Source: Oceanispirochaeta sp. (GTDB lineage Bacteria; Spirochaetota; Spirochaetia; DSM-2461). Taken from it: a stretch of DNA of 64,000 nt. The notes below the pieces were generated by a model that saw nothing but the letters and a program-made list of their open reading frames with translations, did not search any database and was not told the DNA's origin. Of this stretch, positions 46,435-57,445 are shown in pieces (position 1 is the first letter of the stretch; every line of letters starts with the position of its first letter). The DNA is taken from positions 1,344,001 through 1,408,000 of the forward strand of contig CAXXOA010000001.1 in NCBI GenBank assembly GCA_963666275.2, in the 5' to 3' direction. The translations under genes were made by a program, and so were the position numbers.

Positions 46435-46749
46435 ATGCCCTTTCACTTTTCTAACTATCAATGAAATCATGAGTACCTTCTCAGAAGCTCTCTCTCAGAT
46501 AAACCCGAAATAATTATCAAATCTTGTATTTCTCTTTCAGTATCATTAGGACCGGTTAACCCATTTGTCAGGGGGGGCAGATTTTTTCCATCCCCCTCAG
46601 GGGCAGAATCTTTCCAGATAGGGTTTTAGAATATAACAAAAAGATATATATAATAAAATAATATGGGGGTATACAGGAATACTAATTAATAATATTGCAT
46701 ATAGATATTTCTGAAGATAATATGTTAGAAAAATGAAAGAGGTATTGCA

Positions 46750-47001
46750 ATGACAACGGAAGAACGCGCTTTTGAAGAGAATTTCAGGGAAACCACTGAC
46801 TATCTGACAGTCCGGTCAATGGGAGCCGATTTTTCAATAGAGACTGTCAGTAACGAACTGGAAGCCCTTTACAAATTCGAAGGTCTTGACTGGGTCGGAA
46901 GGGGGGAACTGGCAAATGCGGAAATTCAGGGATCCATTGTGGCGTATCAGATTTTTTTAAGAAACTGGATGGGCCGGGAAAAAAACAGGAAAACTGCCTG
47001 A
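46750..47001 (+). CDS. Small hypothetical protein
   Basis: 83-aa ORF with GAGG RBS and a downstream hairpin. Confidence 0.65.
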   Translation: MTTEERAFEENFRETTDYLTVRSMGADFSIETVSNELEALYKFEGLDWVGRGELANAEIQGSIVAYQIFLRNWMGREKNRKTA

Positions 47002-47066
47002 TTGCCCTCCATCTCTATTTAAAAAAGCTGGCCCCCTCCGGGACTCCAGTTGTGATGTTTTCAGGG

Positions 47067-47759
47067 TCAGTTCTGCAGGGGGGAGAGTATCGTCTGGATA
47101 ATTCCTTCTGCAGTATCATCAGCAAGAGGGTGAATGATCAGCTCTACCCTGGCAGGAGATATTTTGCCGCTAGCTTCAAACATCTGTGCTGAATCCTTAA
47201 TTGTCACAGGTAGGAGAGGAACGCCTTTTTCCAGAGCCAGGCGAATACCGGCCGTATAAAACTTTCCTGGACCTTTTCCTCTGCTCCTGGTGCCTTCGGG
47301 AAAGAGCACCATAGACTGACCATTTTCCACTTTTTCAACAGCCTTTTTCAAACCTGAAATCGAACTTTCCAGGCTTTTCCGTTTTATGTAAATACATCCC
47401 AAAGCATTCATCCAGGTGCTGAGAAAAGGAACATGGGCCATTTCCATTTTACTTATAAATCCCAGCTTCCGGGGAATGCGGCTCATAAGAAGGGGGATGT
47501 CAAAATTGCTGTTATGGTTGGCAATCAGACAGAATGCTCCGTCTGAGGGGATATTTTCCTGTCCGGAAACCAGAATCTCGGATCCCGAGGTCCATATAAG
47601 ATGACGGGCCCAGAGCCTTGTGACAGAGAGCGTATATCTGTCTGTTTGAGCCGGGGCCAGCAGTTTCAGAAACATGAGAGGAATGAGAAGAAGAAGTGAA
47701 ATGGCCAGGAGAACCCACATCCAGCTGAAAAAAAGTATAGTCCGTCCCAGGTTTTTCAT
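47067..47759 (-). CDS. plsC: 1-acyl-sn-glycerol-3-phosphate acyltransferase
   Basis: NHNSNFD, FPEGTRS. Confidence 0.92.
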   Translation of the reverse strand: MKNLGRTILFFSWMWVLLAISLLLLIPLMFLKLLAPAQTDRYTLSVTRLWARHLIWTSGSEILVSGQENIPSDGAFCLIANHNSNFDIPLLMSRIPRKLGFISKMEMAHVPFLSTWMNALGCIYIKRKSLESSISGLKKAVEKVENGQSMVLFPEGTRSRGKGPGKFYTAGIRLALEKGVPLLPVTIKDSAQMFEASGKISPARVELIIHPLADDTAEGIIQTILSPLQN

Positions 47760-47767
47760 AGTTCTCC

Positions 47768-48418
47768 TTATCTTTCCCTGCGTTTCAGGGAAATCCTGTT
47801 TTCGCTTCCCTGAAGAAGCCTTTTGATGTTCTTATAATGGAGCAGTGTTATGATAATAGCAACTACAATGTAAAAAGAAAGATAGACAGGATTCACTGTT
47901 ATCACATCTAAAGCTCCCAGGACACTATAAAAAAAGGGAAGAGCCCAGGCGGCGCTTAAAGATGCCAGTGATACAAATTTAGTGACCAACGTGACCAGTA
48001 GAAAAACCCCCAGGCAGAAGAGGGCTCCTACAGGAAAGAGGACCGTTATTCCTCCGGCGCCGCAGGCTACGCCTTTTCCCCCTCTGAAACCGAACCAGAG
48101 GGGAAACATATGCCCTGTCATGATTGAAAGCAGCAGCACCAGGGAAAGATAGGTCTCTCCCTGATCTGCCATTTTCACAGAGGACGCAAAAAAAGGAACA
48201 AAGAGAAGAGGGATCATCCCTTTCAGAAAATCCATCAGGAGTACAGTCAGGCCGATTCCCTTTCCCAGTACTCGCAGCGCATTGGTTGCTCCGGCATTGC
48301 CACTGCCTTCTTCTCGTATATCAATCCCCCGGATGAGCTTACCCGCCATGATTGACCAGGATAGAGACCCCCATAGATAGGAAATGAGAATCGCTGCAGA
48401 AACAGGAAAAAATATCAT
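47768..48418 (-). CDS. plsY: Glycerol-3-phosphate acyltransferase
   Basis: [42 protein letters not shown]. Confidence 0.95.
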   Translation of the reverse strand: MIFFPVSAAILISYLWGSLSWSIMAGKLIRGIDIREEGSGNAGATNALRVLGKGIGLTVLLMDFLKGMIPLLFVPFFASSVKMADQGETYLSLVLLLSIMTGHMFPLWFGFRGGKGVACGAGGITVLFPVGALFCLGVFLLVTLVTKFVSLASLSAAWALPFFYSVLGALDVITVNPVYLSFYIVVAIIITLLHYKNIKRLLQGSENRISLKRRER

Positions 48419-49197
48419 TTTTTCACCGGAAGTAGCAGAAGCAGGTGAGTGCGTTCTTTGTATTTCCTGAACTCAGGATCTTTCCCGTAACGTTCTTCAG
48501 AACTTTTTTCCAGAAGAGGGATTCCACTGACAAAAAGAAGGAGCAGGGTTATGGCGACAGGTCCCAGTACGGTCAGCCATGCCAGTCCTTTCAGAGCCGG
48601 TACTGCAATGATGAAAAGTCCCCACCAGACAAGGATCTCACCAAAATAGTTGGGATGACGGGAGTACTTCCATAATCCCTGATCCATCCAGTGGCCCTTG
48701 TTGCGGGGATTCAGTCTGTACCGGAACTTCTGTCTGTCACTGATAGCTTCTATGATCAGCCCTATCAGGTAGATCACAGCTCCTGATAGGACGGGGATAC
48801 TGATTCCTATGGCGAAGGGTCTTGTAAGATAATAGGTAAAGGGCAGCATTATTACCCAGACTGCTGTTGCCTGGAGGATCCAGAACTTCAGAAACTCAAT
48901 TGGATTTCCCCTTCTCTCATCAAATCTGTGATCGCTTTTTATAGTAAGTATCCTGTAAAAGAGGTAGCTTCCCAGCCTGACGGCCCAGAGAAGAATTCCC
49001 AGGGTTACAATAATTTTTCCGGGGCTCAAAGCCTTGTCTGTTCCTATGAAAAGTATCCCCGTAATGAGGAAGAAACTCAGACTGTAGGTAAGGTCTGTTA
49101 CCTTGTCTGTTTTGAACAGGGCGGCGAAAGCATAAAAAAACATGTTGATTCCAAAACTCAATAGAAGCGTGAATAGAAAGGGGTAGGTAATCAGCAT
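48415..49197 (-). CDS. DUF1295 (steroid 5-alpha-reductase-like) membrane protein
   Basis: WAVRLG, D.RF, D.QK..., [14 protein letters not shown]. Confidence 0.9.
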   Translation of the reverse strand: MLITYPFLFTLLLSFGINMFFYAFAALFKTDKVTDLTYSLSFFLITGILFIGTDKALSPGKIIVTLGILLWAVRLGSYLFYRILTIKSDHRFDERRGNPIEFLKFWILQATAVWVIMLPFTYYLTRPFAIGISIPVLSGAVIYLIGLIIEAISDRQKFRYRLNPRNKGHWMDQGLWKYSRHPNYFGEILVWWGLFIIAVPALKGLAWLTVLGPVAITLLLLFVSGIPLLEKSSEERYGKDPEFRKYKERTHLLLLLPVKK

Positions 49198-49207
49198 TAT
49201 TTTCTCC

Positions 49208-49924
49208 TTAAAAGTAATTGTAATATATCTGGGTGTCCACAGTGGTTTTTTTTCTGCTGCTGTAGGGGTCGGGAAGAATGGTCGGTCCGTGGATTTCCAT
49301 AACCCGGCCGCTGTCTGTGTCTATTAGAAACTCAACCGGGTCAATGAACATCCCGAGAAACAGATTTTTCAGTTTCATTTCCACGCTGATCAGACCTTCA
49401 GGAGCATCGTTTCTCCCGGGGATCAGCTGAAACGGAATGATCGTCTGTCTTTCCAGGAAGGGCAGGTGAAAATCAAGAACCTCTCCTCTGATAAGCCTGT
49501 TCCTGTTCTGCTGTATAAAACCGGGAAGCTGTGGTCCAGTGAGAAGGGATGTTTCATAGGGGATCTCTCTTGATTTCTCTTTTTCATTCTGTCTGAAATA
49601 GAGGCGGAGGGAGTCTCCTTCTCTGATTATGCTTCCATAACTGTCAAGATCATTTATGGCCACTTCATAGAAATCCAGTTTTCCCTGGCTGACAGTCACT
49701 TTTTCAAAGGCTGCCTCCAGCTGGTTTTCCTTGAAATAAACATGCGAAATTTCAGATGTGTTTCCCATGCTGCGGAAAAACTCCTTCTGAACATACAGCA
49801 GCTCCCTTTCACCGTCTTTTCTGAATATCCTTCCCTCAACTGTCTGTTCCGTAGCGGCCAGGGAAAGGAGAGGGATAAGAAAAAATATGGAAATGCTAAC
49901 TATGTTATATAAAACTACTTTCAT
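49208..49924 (-). CDS. Exported hypothetical protein
   Basis: Signal peptide; beta-rich; first gene of the leftward operon. Confidence 0.65.
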   Translation of the reverse strand: MKVVLYNIVSISIFFLIPLLSLAATEQTVEGRIFRKDGERELLYVQKEFFRSMGNTSEISHVYFKENQLEAAFEKVTVSQGKLDFYEVAINDLDSYGSIIREGDSLRLYFRQNEKEKSREIPYETSLLTGPQLPGFIQQNRNRLIRGEVLDFHLPFLERQTIIPFQLIPGRNDAPEGLISVEMKLKNLFLGMFIDPVEFLIDTDSGRVMEIHGPTILPDPYSSRKKTTVDTQIYYNYF

Positions 49925-50002
49925 ATTTCATATTGTAATCAATAAAACAGAAAAATCAAATTTATTTGGAAATATAATATCATAATGATATATAATGAGC
50001 TT

Positions 50003-50887
50003 ATGGATGAGAACAAATTCGGCTATAACCTGAAATTTCTACGAAAGAAAATGGGAATGACCCAGAAGCAGCTGGGAGAACAGATCGGTGTCGGTCAGGT
50101 AGCGATAGCCAATTACGAGAAGGGACAGAGATTTCCCGGTGAAAAGAACCTTATGGATCTTGTAAAAGTTCTGGATGTCTCTCTGGACAGGTTAATGGGG
50201 CTGGACGGGTATCCAGGCGGTGTCTCTGAAGATTTAATGGAGTTTTCTGCAGAGCAGCTGTGGAACAGGCTTTTAAAGGATTCCGCAGATAGGGTTCTGG
50301 ATTACCTCCTTGCCTGGCAGAAGGACAAATCCTGGGAACTTCCCGTCCTTTATGAAAAAGTTATAACCCCTTTGCTTCTGTCTCTGGGACAGCTTTGGCT
50401 CGGGGGAAACCTGACCATTGCGGAAGAACATCTGTTAACAGGAAAAATACGCACCCTCATTATTCTCCTGTCCCATTACACATCCGACCGCAGAAAGCAT
50501 TTGAGGGAAGGGAGACGCTGGCTGGGATTATGCCCCCCCGGAGAGGATCATGATCTGGGACTTCTTATGCTTGCAGGAACTATGGAGTATGCCGGATGGG
50601 ATGTCAGAAATCTGGGAATCAATATCCCGGTTTCAGATCTTCTGCAGATTGTAGAAAGTTTCCGGCCACGGGTGGTGTCCTTTTCCTGTATCAATCCTCA
50701 CTGCCTCAACGGACTGGACAGCTATATCCGGGCTTTGAGGGAAAAATCCTCCTATTCTTTTCAGATCCAGGTGGGAGGGAGCGGAATCCATAGGGACTTC
50801 AGGGAGGAGGATTCGGTGGTGTATGCGGAAAATCTATTTGAAAGTGTAAGGCTGGCAGAAGAAACTATAGGCGGAGGTACTGTATGA
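50003..50887 (+). CDS. XRE-HTH + cobalamin-binding (CarH/LitR-like) regulator
   Basis: LKFLRKKMGMTQKQLGEQIGVGQVAIANYEKG; W-x9-EH (WLGGNLTIAEEH); ExHxxG (EDHDLG); LG..., VGG. Confidence 0.85.
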   Translation: MDENKFGYNLKFLRKKMGMTQKQLGEQIGVGQVAIANYEKGQRFPGEKNLMDLVKVLDVSLDRLMGLDGYPGGVSEDLMEFSAEQLWNRLLKDSADRVLDYLLAWQKDKSWELPVLYEKVITPLLLSLGQLWLGGNLTIAEEHLLTGKIRTLIILLSHYTSDRRKHLREGRRWLGLCPPGEDHDLGLLMLAGTMEYAGWDVRNLGINIPVSDLLQIVESFRPRVVSFSCINPHCLNGLDSYIRALREKSSYSFQIQVGGSGIHRDFREEDSVVYAENLFESVRLAEETIGGGTV

Positions 50888-51423
50888 AAGCAAAGGTGTT
50901 TCTCTTTTTACTTCTGGGCAGTTTCTCTCTTTTTGCGGGGGGGAAAACAGAGGTTGTTCATCAGACCGTAGACTACGTTGATCTGGAACAATTTTCCGGA
51001 GACTGGTATGTGATAGCCCTGATTCCCACGGCTTTTGAGAAAAAAGCGGTCAACGGGGTTGAAAATTATACCCTCAATCCCGATGGAACCATCCGGGTCA
51101 GATATACTTTCCGCAAAGGCAGTGTCCAGGGAAAAGAAAAGACAATGTTCCAGAAAGGCTGGGTCTATAACAGCGAAACAAACGCCGAATGGCGAGTCCG
51201 GCCTTTGTGGCCTCTGAAACTTCCCTACTATATCCTGGATCTGGCAGAGGACTACTCCTACACTATAATCGGAACAGATAACTACGATTATCTGTGGATT
51301 ATGGCAAGAGAACCGATCATGGACAAATCCCTTCTGGAAAATCTGATCGAGAAAATGGTTGAAATCGGCTATGAAAAAGATAAAATTTTATACATGACAC
51401 AATCCTGGGGAGAAGCACAATGA
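50884..51423 (+). CDS. blc: Bacterial lipocalin
   Basis: VDL..FSGDWYVIA, Y.IL.L..DYSY, YLWIMAREP. Confidence 0.88.
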   Translation: MKAKVFLFLLLGSFSLFAGGKTEVVHQTVDYVDLEQFSGDWYVIALIPTAFEKKAVNGVENYTLNPDGTIRVRYTFRKGSVQGKEKTMFQKGWVYNSETNAEWRVRPLWPLKLPYYILDLAEDYSYTIIGTDNYDYLWIMAREPIMDKSLLENLIEKMVEIGYEKDKILYMTQSWGEAQ

Positions 51424-53234
51424 CTTCAAGCATCAATGGGTATCATCTCTATCACAGTTTTTTAGCAGGTTATATCAGTGTTCTTGAAAAAAAAGCCGAG
51501 ATGAACAGGATCAATGTTTTTCCTGTGGCTGACGGAGACACAGGCAATAATATTACAAGGACCATCCGTTCGGTTGTTCAGGGGGCTTCCTCCCGGAAGT
51601 CCGTTGATATTATGCTCAAAGATTTTGCTGATAAATCTCTGGAGGGAGCCAGAGGGAATTCAGGGATGATCCTTTCCCAGTTTATTACAGGTTTCTCACG
51701 GACCGGCAGGGGAAAAAGCCGTATGACCCTGAAGGAGTTCGGTCATGGGGTTAATGAAGCGGTAGATTATGCCTACACGGCACTTGAGGAGCCTCAGGAA
51801 GGAACGATTCTGACTGTTCTCAGGATCTGGGCCAATGCGGTTTATGAGAAGAGTCTGAGTGAAAATTCCTTCAAAGAGGTGATGAGCCACGGTTTTGAAG
51901 CGGCCAAACAGGCCCTGAGAAAAACCACGGAACAGCTGATTGTACTCAGGGATAATCATGTGGTTGACGCAGGTGCCCTGGGTTTCGTGAGTTTCCTCGA
52001 GGGGATCGAGAGGTTTCATCAGAAAGGGCCTGTTCCTCAAAAACTGCGAAAGAGTCTTAAATCGGAAACCCTTACAGCCGGAACAGTACTCAGTCATAAG
52101 GAAAAAGCCGTTTCCAGTACTCTGACCTACAGGTACTGTACGGAACTCCTGCTGGAGAATCCCCGGATAGAGGCTTCCAGACTCCGGAAGAAGCTCAAAA
52201 CCTACGGAGACTCTCTGATCGTCGGAGAGGGGGACAGCAGGATAAGGGTTCATATCCATACGGATGATCCGCCCTCTCTGGCGGCCTGTCTGAACCGGTA
52301 CGGCAGCATCATCCAGCAGAAAGTGGACGATATGTTCAGGCAGCAGCAGATTGTGAACAGCCGGAGAGGAAATGTGGCAGTAGTCACGGATTCCATCGCG
52401 GATATTCCCCTCTCTCTTCAGGATGAGCTGCAGATTCACAGGATCCCGCTCTCTCTCCTGTGGGGGGAAGAAGAGTACCTGGACAGACTGACAATCTCTC
52501 CCGAGGAGTTCTACAGGCAGCAGCAGATCCGTTCGGACTTTCCCGGCAGCTCCCTGCCGGATCTGCAGAGGATCGACGCTCTCTTCTCCTATCTGGCGGA
52601 GCATTACGATCATATCCTTGTCCTTCCCGTGGCCAGTGCCTTGAGCGGTACCTTTCAGCAGATGCTTCAGGGAGCGGAACCCTATAATCGGGATGGGAAA
52701 AGAATTGCCGTGGTAGATACAAGGCTCAATTCTGCCGCTCAGGGACTGCTTGTGGCGGAAGTCGCCCGGGAAGCTCTGAAAGGCGCCTCTCTGGAGGAAC
52801 TGATATCTCTGGCTGAAAACCTCCGGGAGAGGGTCAAAATCTATGTAAGCCTGAGTACCTTCAAATTCATGGTCAAAGGGGGGCGGGTCAGCCCTCTGAA
52901 AGGTTTTATTGCCACAGCCCTGAATCTGAAACCTATTGTAACCCTTGATGAACAGGGCAGGGGAAAGGCCATGGATAAAGCATTTTCCAGGCAGGGCCTT
53001 CTGAAAAAAATAACCCTCCTTCTCAAAGAAACCCAGAAAACCCGGGGCATAGAAAAATACTGTGTCGTCCATGCTCTTTCTTCTGATAAAGCCGAAGAGT
53101 TTGCCCGGATTGTCAGGGGTATTGCCGACAGGGAGCCCGAGTATATAACCTCCATCTCTCCGATTGTGGGGATGCATTCCGGGAAAGGTGCTGTGGCTAT
53201 CGGTGTTATAGAGGGGGTCAGGAAGTCATCCTGA
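51420..53234 (+). CDS. DAK2-DegV fusion (fatty acid kinase FakA/FakB-like)
   Basis: [32 protein letters not shown], then DegV VVTDS.AD, LSGT, GGR, KP, G.HSG. Confidence 0.92.
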   Translation: MTSSINGYHLYHSFLAGYISVLEKKAEMNRINVFPVADGDTGNNITRTIRSVVQGASSRKSVDIMLKDFADKSLEGARGNSGMILSQFITGFSRTGRGKSRMTLKEFGHGVNEAVDYAYTALEEPQEGTILTVLRIWANAVYEKSLSENSFKEVMSHGFEAAKQALRKTTEQLIVLRDNHVVDAGALGFVSFLEGIERFHQKGPVPQKLRKSLKSETLTAGTVLSHKEKAVSSTLTYRYCTELLLENPRIEASRLRKKLKTYGDSLIVGEGDSRIRVHIHTDDPPSLAACLNRYGSIIQQKVDDMFRQQQIVNSRRGNVAVVTDSIADIPLSLQDELQIHRIPLSLLWGEEEYLDRLTISPEEFYRQQQIRSDFPGSSLPDLQRIDALFSYLAEHYDHILVLPVASALSGTFQQMLQGAEPYNRDGKRIAVVDTRLNSAAQGLLVAEVAREALKGASLEELISLAENLRERVKIYVSLSTFKFMVKGGRVSPLKGFIATALNLKPIVTLDEQGRGKAMDKAFSRQGLLKKITLLLKETQKTRGIEKYCVVHALSSDKAEEFARIVRGIADREPEYITSISPIVGMHSGKGAVAIGVIEGVRKSS

Positions 53235-53257
53235 ATCCCGATTTCTGCAACCCTCTA

Positions 53258-53286
53258 TTGATCAGAGGGAAAGACAGGTTTATAAT
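53258..53286 (+). promoter_or_regulatory. Sigma70 promoter of asnS, probably leaderless
   Basis: TTGATC-N17-TATAAT, 7 nt before ATG 53294, no SD. Confidence 0.65.
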
Positions 53287-53293
53287 GCCTCTC

Positions 53294-54676
53294 ATGATGC
53301 CAGATACGATAAAACAGATTCTTCAGCAAAATGATAAAATAGGAGAGACCCTTACTGTTCAGGGATGGGTCCGGACCAAACGGGATACCAAAGAGATCGC
53401 TTTTATAGCTCTGAATGACGGTTCCTGTCTGGGAAATATACAGATTATTGCCGACAAGACAGTCATTCCGGAAGATGTCCTCCACAGATTAACCACCGGG
53501 GCCAGCTGTTCCGTACAGGGAATCCTGGTGGAGTCACCGGCCAAAGGGCAGTCTGTGGAAGTACAGGCTTCGTCCATTGAGATCCTGGGCGACTGTCCGG
53601 GGGACTATCCTCTCCAGAAAAAACGGCACTCCATGGAATTCCTCAGGGAAATCGGACACCTCAGGGCCAGAACAAATACTTTCGGTGCCGTAGGTCGAAT
53701 CCGGAATGCCCTGACCCAGGCTGTTCACAGCTACTTTCAGGAGAATGGATTTTTCAATGTGCATACACCGATTATCACGGCCAACGACTGCGAAGGGGCG
53801 GGGGAGATGTTTCAGGTAACCACTCTCCCTTTTGAAACTTTTGACAGCTCAAAGGGAGTGGACTACAGCCGGGATTTCTTCGGTAAAAAAGCCTCTCTCA
53901 CGGTCAGCGGACAGCTTTCAGCCGAAACCTATGCCACCGCTCTGGGAAGGGTCTATACCTTCGGTCCCACCTTCCGGGCGGAGAACTCCAATACCTCCCG
54001 GCATCTGGCCGAGTTCTGGATGATCGAACCGGAAATGTCTTTCTGCGATATCAACGGCGATATGGATCTGGCCGAAGAGTTTCTCAAGTATGTTCTGGCC
54101 TATGTGCTGGAAAACTGTGCAGAAGATATGGCTTTTTTCAATCAGTGGGTTCAGAAGGGAATCATCGACGATATGAAGGCTGTTATAGCCGCGGATTTCA
54201 CAAGGATCAGCTATACAAAAGCCATTGAAGACCTGGAGTCATCAGGGCAGACATTTGAATTCCCCGTTTCCTGGGGGATAGATCTGGCATCGGAACATGA
54301 AAAATACCTGACAGAGCATGTGTATAAAGGCCCGGTGATCATCACGGACTATCCCAAAGAGATCAAAGCCTTCTATATGAAGCTCAATGCCGATGGAAAG
54401 ACAGTCCGCGCCATGGATGTTCTGGTTCCGCGGCTGGGTGAGATCATCGGAGGAAGTGAACGGGAGAATGATTACGATACTCTTGTGAAACGCATCCGCG
54501 AAATGGGACTGAATGAAGAGGACTACTGGTGGTATCTGGACCTGAGAAAATACGGATCCGTCCCCCATGCGGGATTCGGTCTCGGTTTTGAAAGACTTAT
54601 TCAGTATGTGACAGGAATGGGTAATATCCGGGATGTCATTCCCTATGCCCGTTCTGCCAGGAACTGTGAATTTTAA
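53294..54676 (+). CDS. asnS: Asparaginyl-tRNA synthetase
   Basis: [49 protein letters not shown]. Confidence 0.96.
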   Translation: MMPDTIKQILQQNDKIGETLTVQGWVRTKRDTKEIAFIALNDGSCLGNIQIIADKTVIPEDVLHRLTTGASCSVQGILVESPAKGQSVEVQASSIEILGDCPGDYPLQKKRHSMEFLREIGHLRARTNTFGAVGRIRNALTQAVHSYFQENGFFNVHTPIITANDCEGAGEMFQVTTLPFETFDSSKGVDYSRDFFGKKASLTVSGQLSAETYATALGRVYTFGPTFRAENSNTSRHLAEFWMIEPEMSFCDINGDMDLAEEFLKYVLAYVLENCAEDMAFFNQWVQKGIIDDMKAVIAADFTRISYTKAIEDLESSGQTFEFPVSWGIDLASEHEKYLTEHVYKGPVIITDYPKEIKAFYMKLNADGKTVRAMDVLVPRLGEIIGGSERENDYDTLVKRIREMGLNEEDYWWYLDLRKYGSVPHAGFGLGFERLIQYVTGMGNIRDVIPYARSARNCEF

Positions 54677-54694
54677 AAGGACAGTTCAGGGAAA

Positions 54695-55789
54695 TTGTTA
54701 GAACTTCTTCAGTATACCTATGACGAACTGACCGCTTCTGTGGAGGAGCGATTCAGTGCCAGTCCCTATTACGGTGATGCCCTGTTCCGGCATATCTACA
54801 GGAAGGGAGATCTGGATCTGGAGGGGGATGAGGGATTCGCATTGAATCCGACCCTTCGGAAGGCTCTCTCCGGAGCTTTTTCCCGGGATCTTCCTGAAAT
54901 TCAGGAACTCCTCCATGAGGGGGAAACCGCAAAGTTTACTCTGGACTATCACTCCCGGGTGAACTGTGAATCCGTGCTGATCCGTATGAAATCCTACGAT
55001 ACCCTCTGTGTCTCTTCCCAGCTGGGCTGCCGCTGGAACTGCGCTTTCTGCGAGACAGGGAAGCTGGGCCTGAAGAGGAATCTTCAGACCCGGGAAATCA
55101 TTGCCCAGGTCATGACGGCCCGTTTCCGGCTGGGAGCGGACAGGCTGCGGAATCTTGTTTTTATGGGGATGGGGGAACCTTTTGAAAATCTGACGGAAGT
55201 CCTGAGGGCTGTGGATATTGTCACAGATCCCCGGGGACTGAACATTCCCGCCAAATATATCTCCCTTTCCACGGCAGGATACATCCCGGGGATCCGGGAA
55301 CTCTCCCGTCTCTGCGGGGAGAGCAGGGAGAAGAACTATCATAAAATGCATTTAAGCCTCTCCCTCCACTCTGCCGATCAGGAGACCCGGAATCGTCTTA
55401 TGCCCATCAACCGGGCCTATCCTCTGGAGGATCTTGGACAGTGCCTGAGGGACAGTCCCTACAGCCGGGTCAAAGACGGCCTGTATATTGAGTATCTTGT
55501 TCTTCCCGGAATTACCGATACGGAGGAGCAGATCGATAAATTGCTCTTTTTTCTTAAGGGAATGGAAGCCAAAATCAATCTTATCCCGTATAATCCAGGA
55601 AAAGATCCTCTGTTCCGAAAACCGGAAAAGGAAGAAATGGACCGATTGTGGCAGAGGCTGAAAGAGAGCGGGTATCATTGCCGCACAAGATTCAGTAAGG
55701 GAGAGTCCCTTATGGCGGCCTGCGGTCAGCTGGGCGGAAAAAAAGAAGATCTTAATACAGAGAAAAAAGGGAGCTCACATTATGAGTAA
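54695..55789 (+). CDS. rlmN: RlmN/Cfr-family radical SAM RNA methyltransferase
   Basis: CVSSQLGCRWNCAFC, FMGMGEP, SLH, NLIPYN, AACGQL. Confidence 0.85.
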   Translation: MLELLQYTYDELTASVEERFSASPYYGDALFRHIYRKGDLDLEGDEGFALNPTLRKALSGAFSRDLPEIQELLHEGETAKFTLDYHSRVNCESVLIRMKSYDTLCVSSQLGCRWNCAFCETGKLGLKRNLQTREIIAQVMTARFRLGADRLRNLVFMGMGEPFENLTEVLRAVDIVTDPRGLNIPAKYISLSTAGYIPGIRELSRLCGESREKNYHKMHLSLSLHSADQETRNRLMPINRAYPLEDLGQCLRDSPYSRVKDGLYIEYLVLPGITDTEEQIDKLLFFLKGMEAKINLIPYNPGKDPLFRKPEKEEMDRLWQRLKESGYHCRTRFSKGESLMAACGQLGGKKEDLNTEKKGSSHYE

Positions 55790-56423
55790 TCAGGATAATA
55801 CCTTCAATAAAATGAGACAGACCTATCCTCAGCACAGTGTGATTTTTTCAGAAGGCGAACAGGGACGTACCATGTATGTCATCATGGACGGAGAAGTGGA
55901 AATCCGTAAAAAAACAGGAAAGAATTCCTATAAAATCCTTGTGACTCTGAAAGCGGGGGATTTTTTCGGGGAAATGGCGATAATCGAGAACAAGCCGAGG
56001 ACGGCGACGGCGGTGGCCAGGGTTTCCAGTACGCTGATAACCCTGGATACGGACGCCTTTTACACAATGGTGGAAAAAAGCTCGGACTTCGCTGTTAAAA
56101 TGATCAAAACCCTTTCCTCCCGTCTCAGAAAAGCGGATCATCTGATTGAATATATCCTGGGTTCCAACGATGAAAAGCAGGTTGTCTCGGGCATAGCGGG
56201 ATATGTGAAGAGTCATCCCGAATGCGATAACGGCAGCGGGGAGTGCAAAATTATCCTGAGGGATTATCTGAGATGGTCCAGTCAGAATCTGGGACACCCT
56301 GACGAGATGGTATCCCAGACTATCAAACGGCTGATTGTCAGGAAGATCGTTAAGATTTACGATCCCCCTGAAAAAATTACCGAATTCTACATGGACAAGA
56401 GGCTTCTACTCCGCCTTCTGTGA
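55782..56423 (+). CDS. Crp/Fnr-like cyclic-nucleotide-binding protein
   Basis: IF.EG..G..MY.I..G.V, GDFFGEMA...PRTATA. Confidence 0.88.
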   Translation: MSNQDNTFNKMRQTYPQHSVIFSEGEQGRTMYVIMDGEVEIRKKTGKNSYKILVTLKAGDFFGEMAIIENKPRTATAVARVSSTLITLDTDAFYTMVEKSSDFAVKMIKTLSSRLRKADHLIEYILGSNDEKQVVSGIAGYVKSHPECDNGSGECKIILRDYLRWSSQNLGHPDEMVSQTIKRLIVRKIVKIYDPPEKITEFYMDKRLLLRLL

Positions 56424-57326
56424 CTCTTCAATAAAGAGAAGGTGTTTGTAGAGCATCCAGACAGAGCGCATTTCATACCCTTTTCCGGCTGCCTCTTCCA
56501 GAGGCCGCCGATAGATGTACTCCAGTTCCATGGGGCGATTATTGTCGTAGTCCAGCTTCATGCTCGGTTCGTAGGGAGTCATTTTGTCGGTAAAAGCCAT
56601 CATTTTGGCCACAGCTTCCTCTTCTATGGTGATCCCGCAGGCTGCGGCTCCGGCTACCACTTCCTCCATGAGACGCTGAATGATCTCTCTTGAGGAGGGG
56701 GTTTTCATGATCCTGTCTGTATTGCAGTCAAGCTGGACACACAGGCCGTTGTAGGGAATATTCCAGAGGAGTTTCCGCCAACGCGCCTCAGGGAGATCTT
56801 TGACAATATCGGCGGGAATTTCCGAACCGTTCATATCCGAGGCAATCTCTTCCACCATAGGGGCATCTTCCTTTTTCAGACTGCCTATGGTGATCCGGCC
56901 GTAGTCCTGATGGATCACATGGCCCGGTCCGCCTTTGCGGCTGCAGATAAAACACATTCCCCCCAGTACGGGATTGTCCGGAAAGGATGCCTGCAGTTCC
57001 TCTTCTATGCCCAGGCCGTTCTGCAGGATCAGTATGGCCGTGTTTCTGCCCACCATGGGGGAGATCATTTCCTTCAATCGTCCGTTCCCTGTGGTTTTCA
57101 GAGCAATAAGGAGCACATCCGCCTGTGGCATTTCCCGGGAAGAAGAGAAAACACTGACCTTTGCAAGATGAAAATCACCCAGGGGAGAATCCACTCTCAG
57201 GCCCTTTTCTCTGATAAAACTGTAGTCGCTCCGTGCCAGAAAGTGCACTGTATGGCCGTGCTGTGCCAGCTTGCTGCCGTAATAGCCTCCGACAGCTCCG
57301 GTTCCGATAACTGCATAACTTTTCAT
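56406..57326 (-). CDS. panE: 2-dehydropantoate 2-reductase family
   Basis: IGTGAVGGYYG, LQNGLG.E, WRKL.WN..YN, PSM..D....RPMELE; start at 57326 after AGGAG. Confidence 0.88.
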   Translation of the reverse strand: MKSYAVIGTGAVGGYYGSKLAQHGHTVHFLARSDYSFIREKGLRVDSPLGDFHLAKVSVFSSSREMPQADVLLIALKTTGNGRLKEMISPMVGRNTAILILQNGLGIEEELQASFPDNPVLGGMCFICSRKGGPGHVIHQDYGRITIGSLKKEDAPMVEEIASDMNGSEIPADIVKDLPEARWRKLLWNIPYNGLCVQLDCNTDRIMKTPSSREIIQRLMEEVVAGAAACGITIEEEAVAKMMAFTDKMTPYEPSMKLDYDNNRPMELEYIYRRPLEEAAGKGYEMRSVWMLYKHLLFIEESQKAE

Positions 57327-57445
57327 TTTACATCTCCTGTTTAAGCATGGTTTCGCTTTTTCTGTTCTAAAAAAAGCGGAACCTTCGGGTGAATCAGATA
57401 GGGATTCGTATTTATTAATATTCAGGTAGGAACAGAATGGTCTGA

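Noticed and set aside
51696..53177. 493-aa minus-strand ORF
   Set aside because: Antisense shadow of the DAK2-DegV gene
54695..55789. Cfr resistance methyltransferase
   Set aside because: Housekeeping context after asnS; motifs alone cannot separate Cfr from RlmN, and nothing supports Cfr
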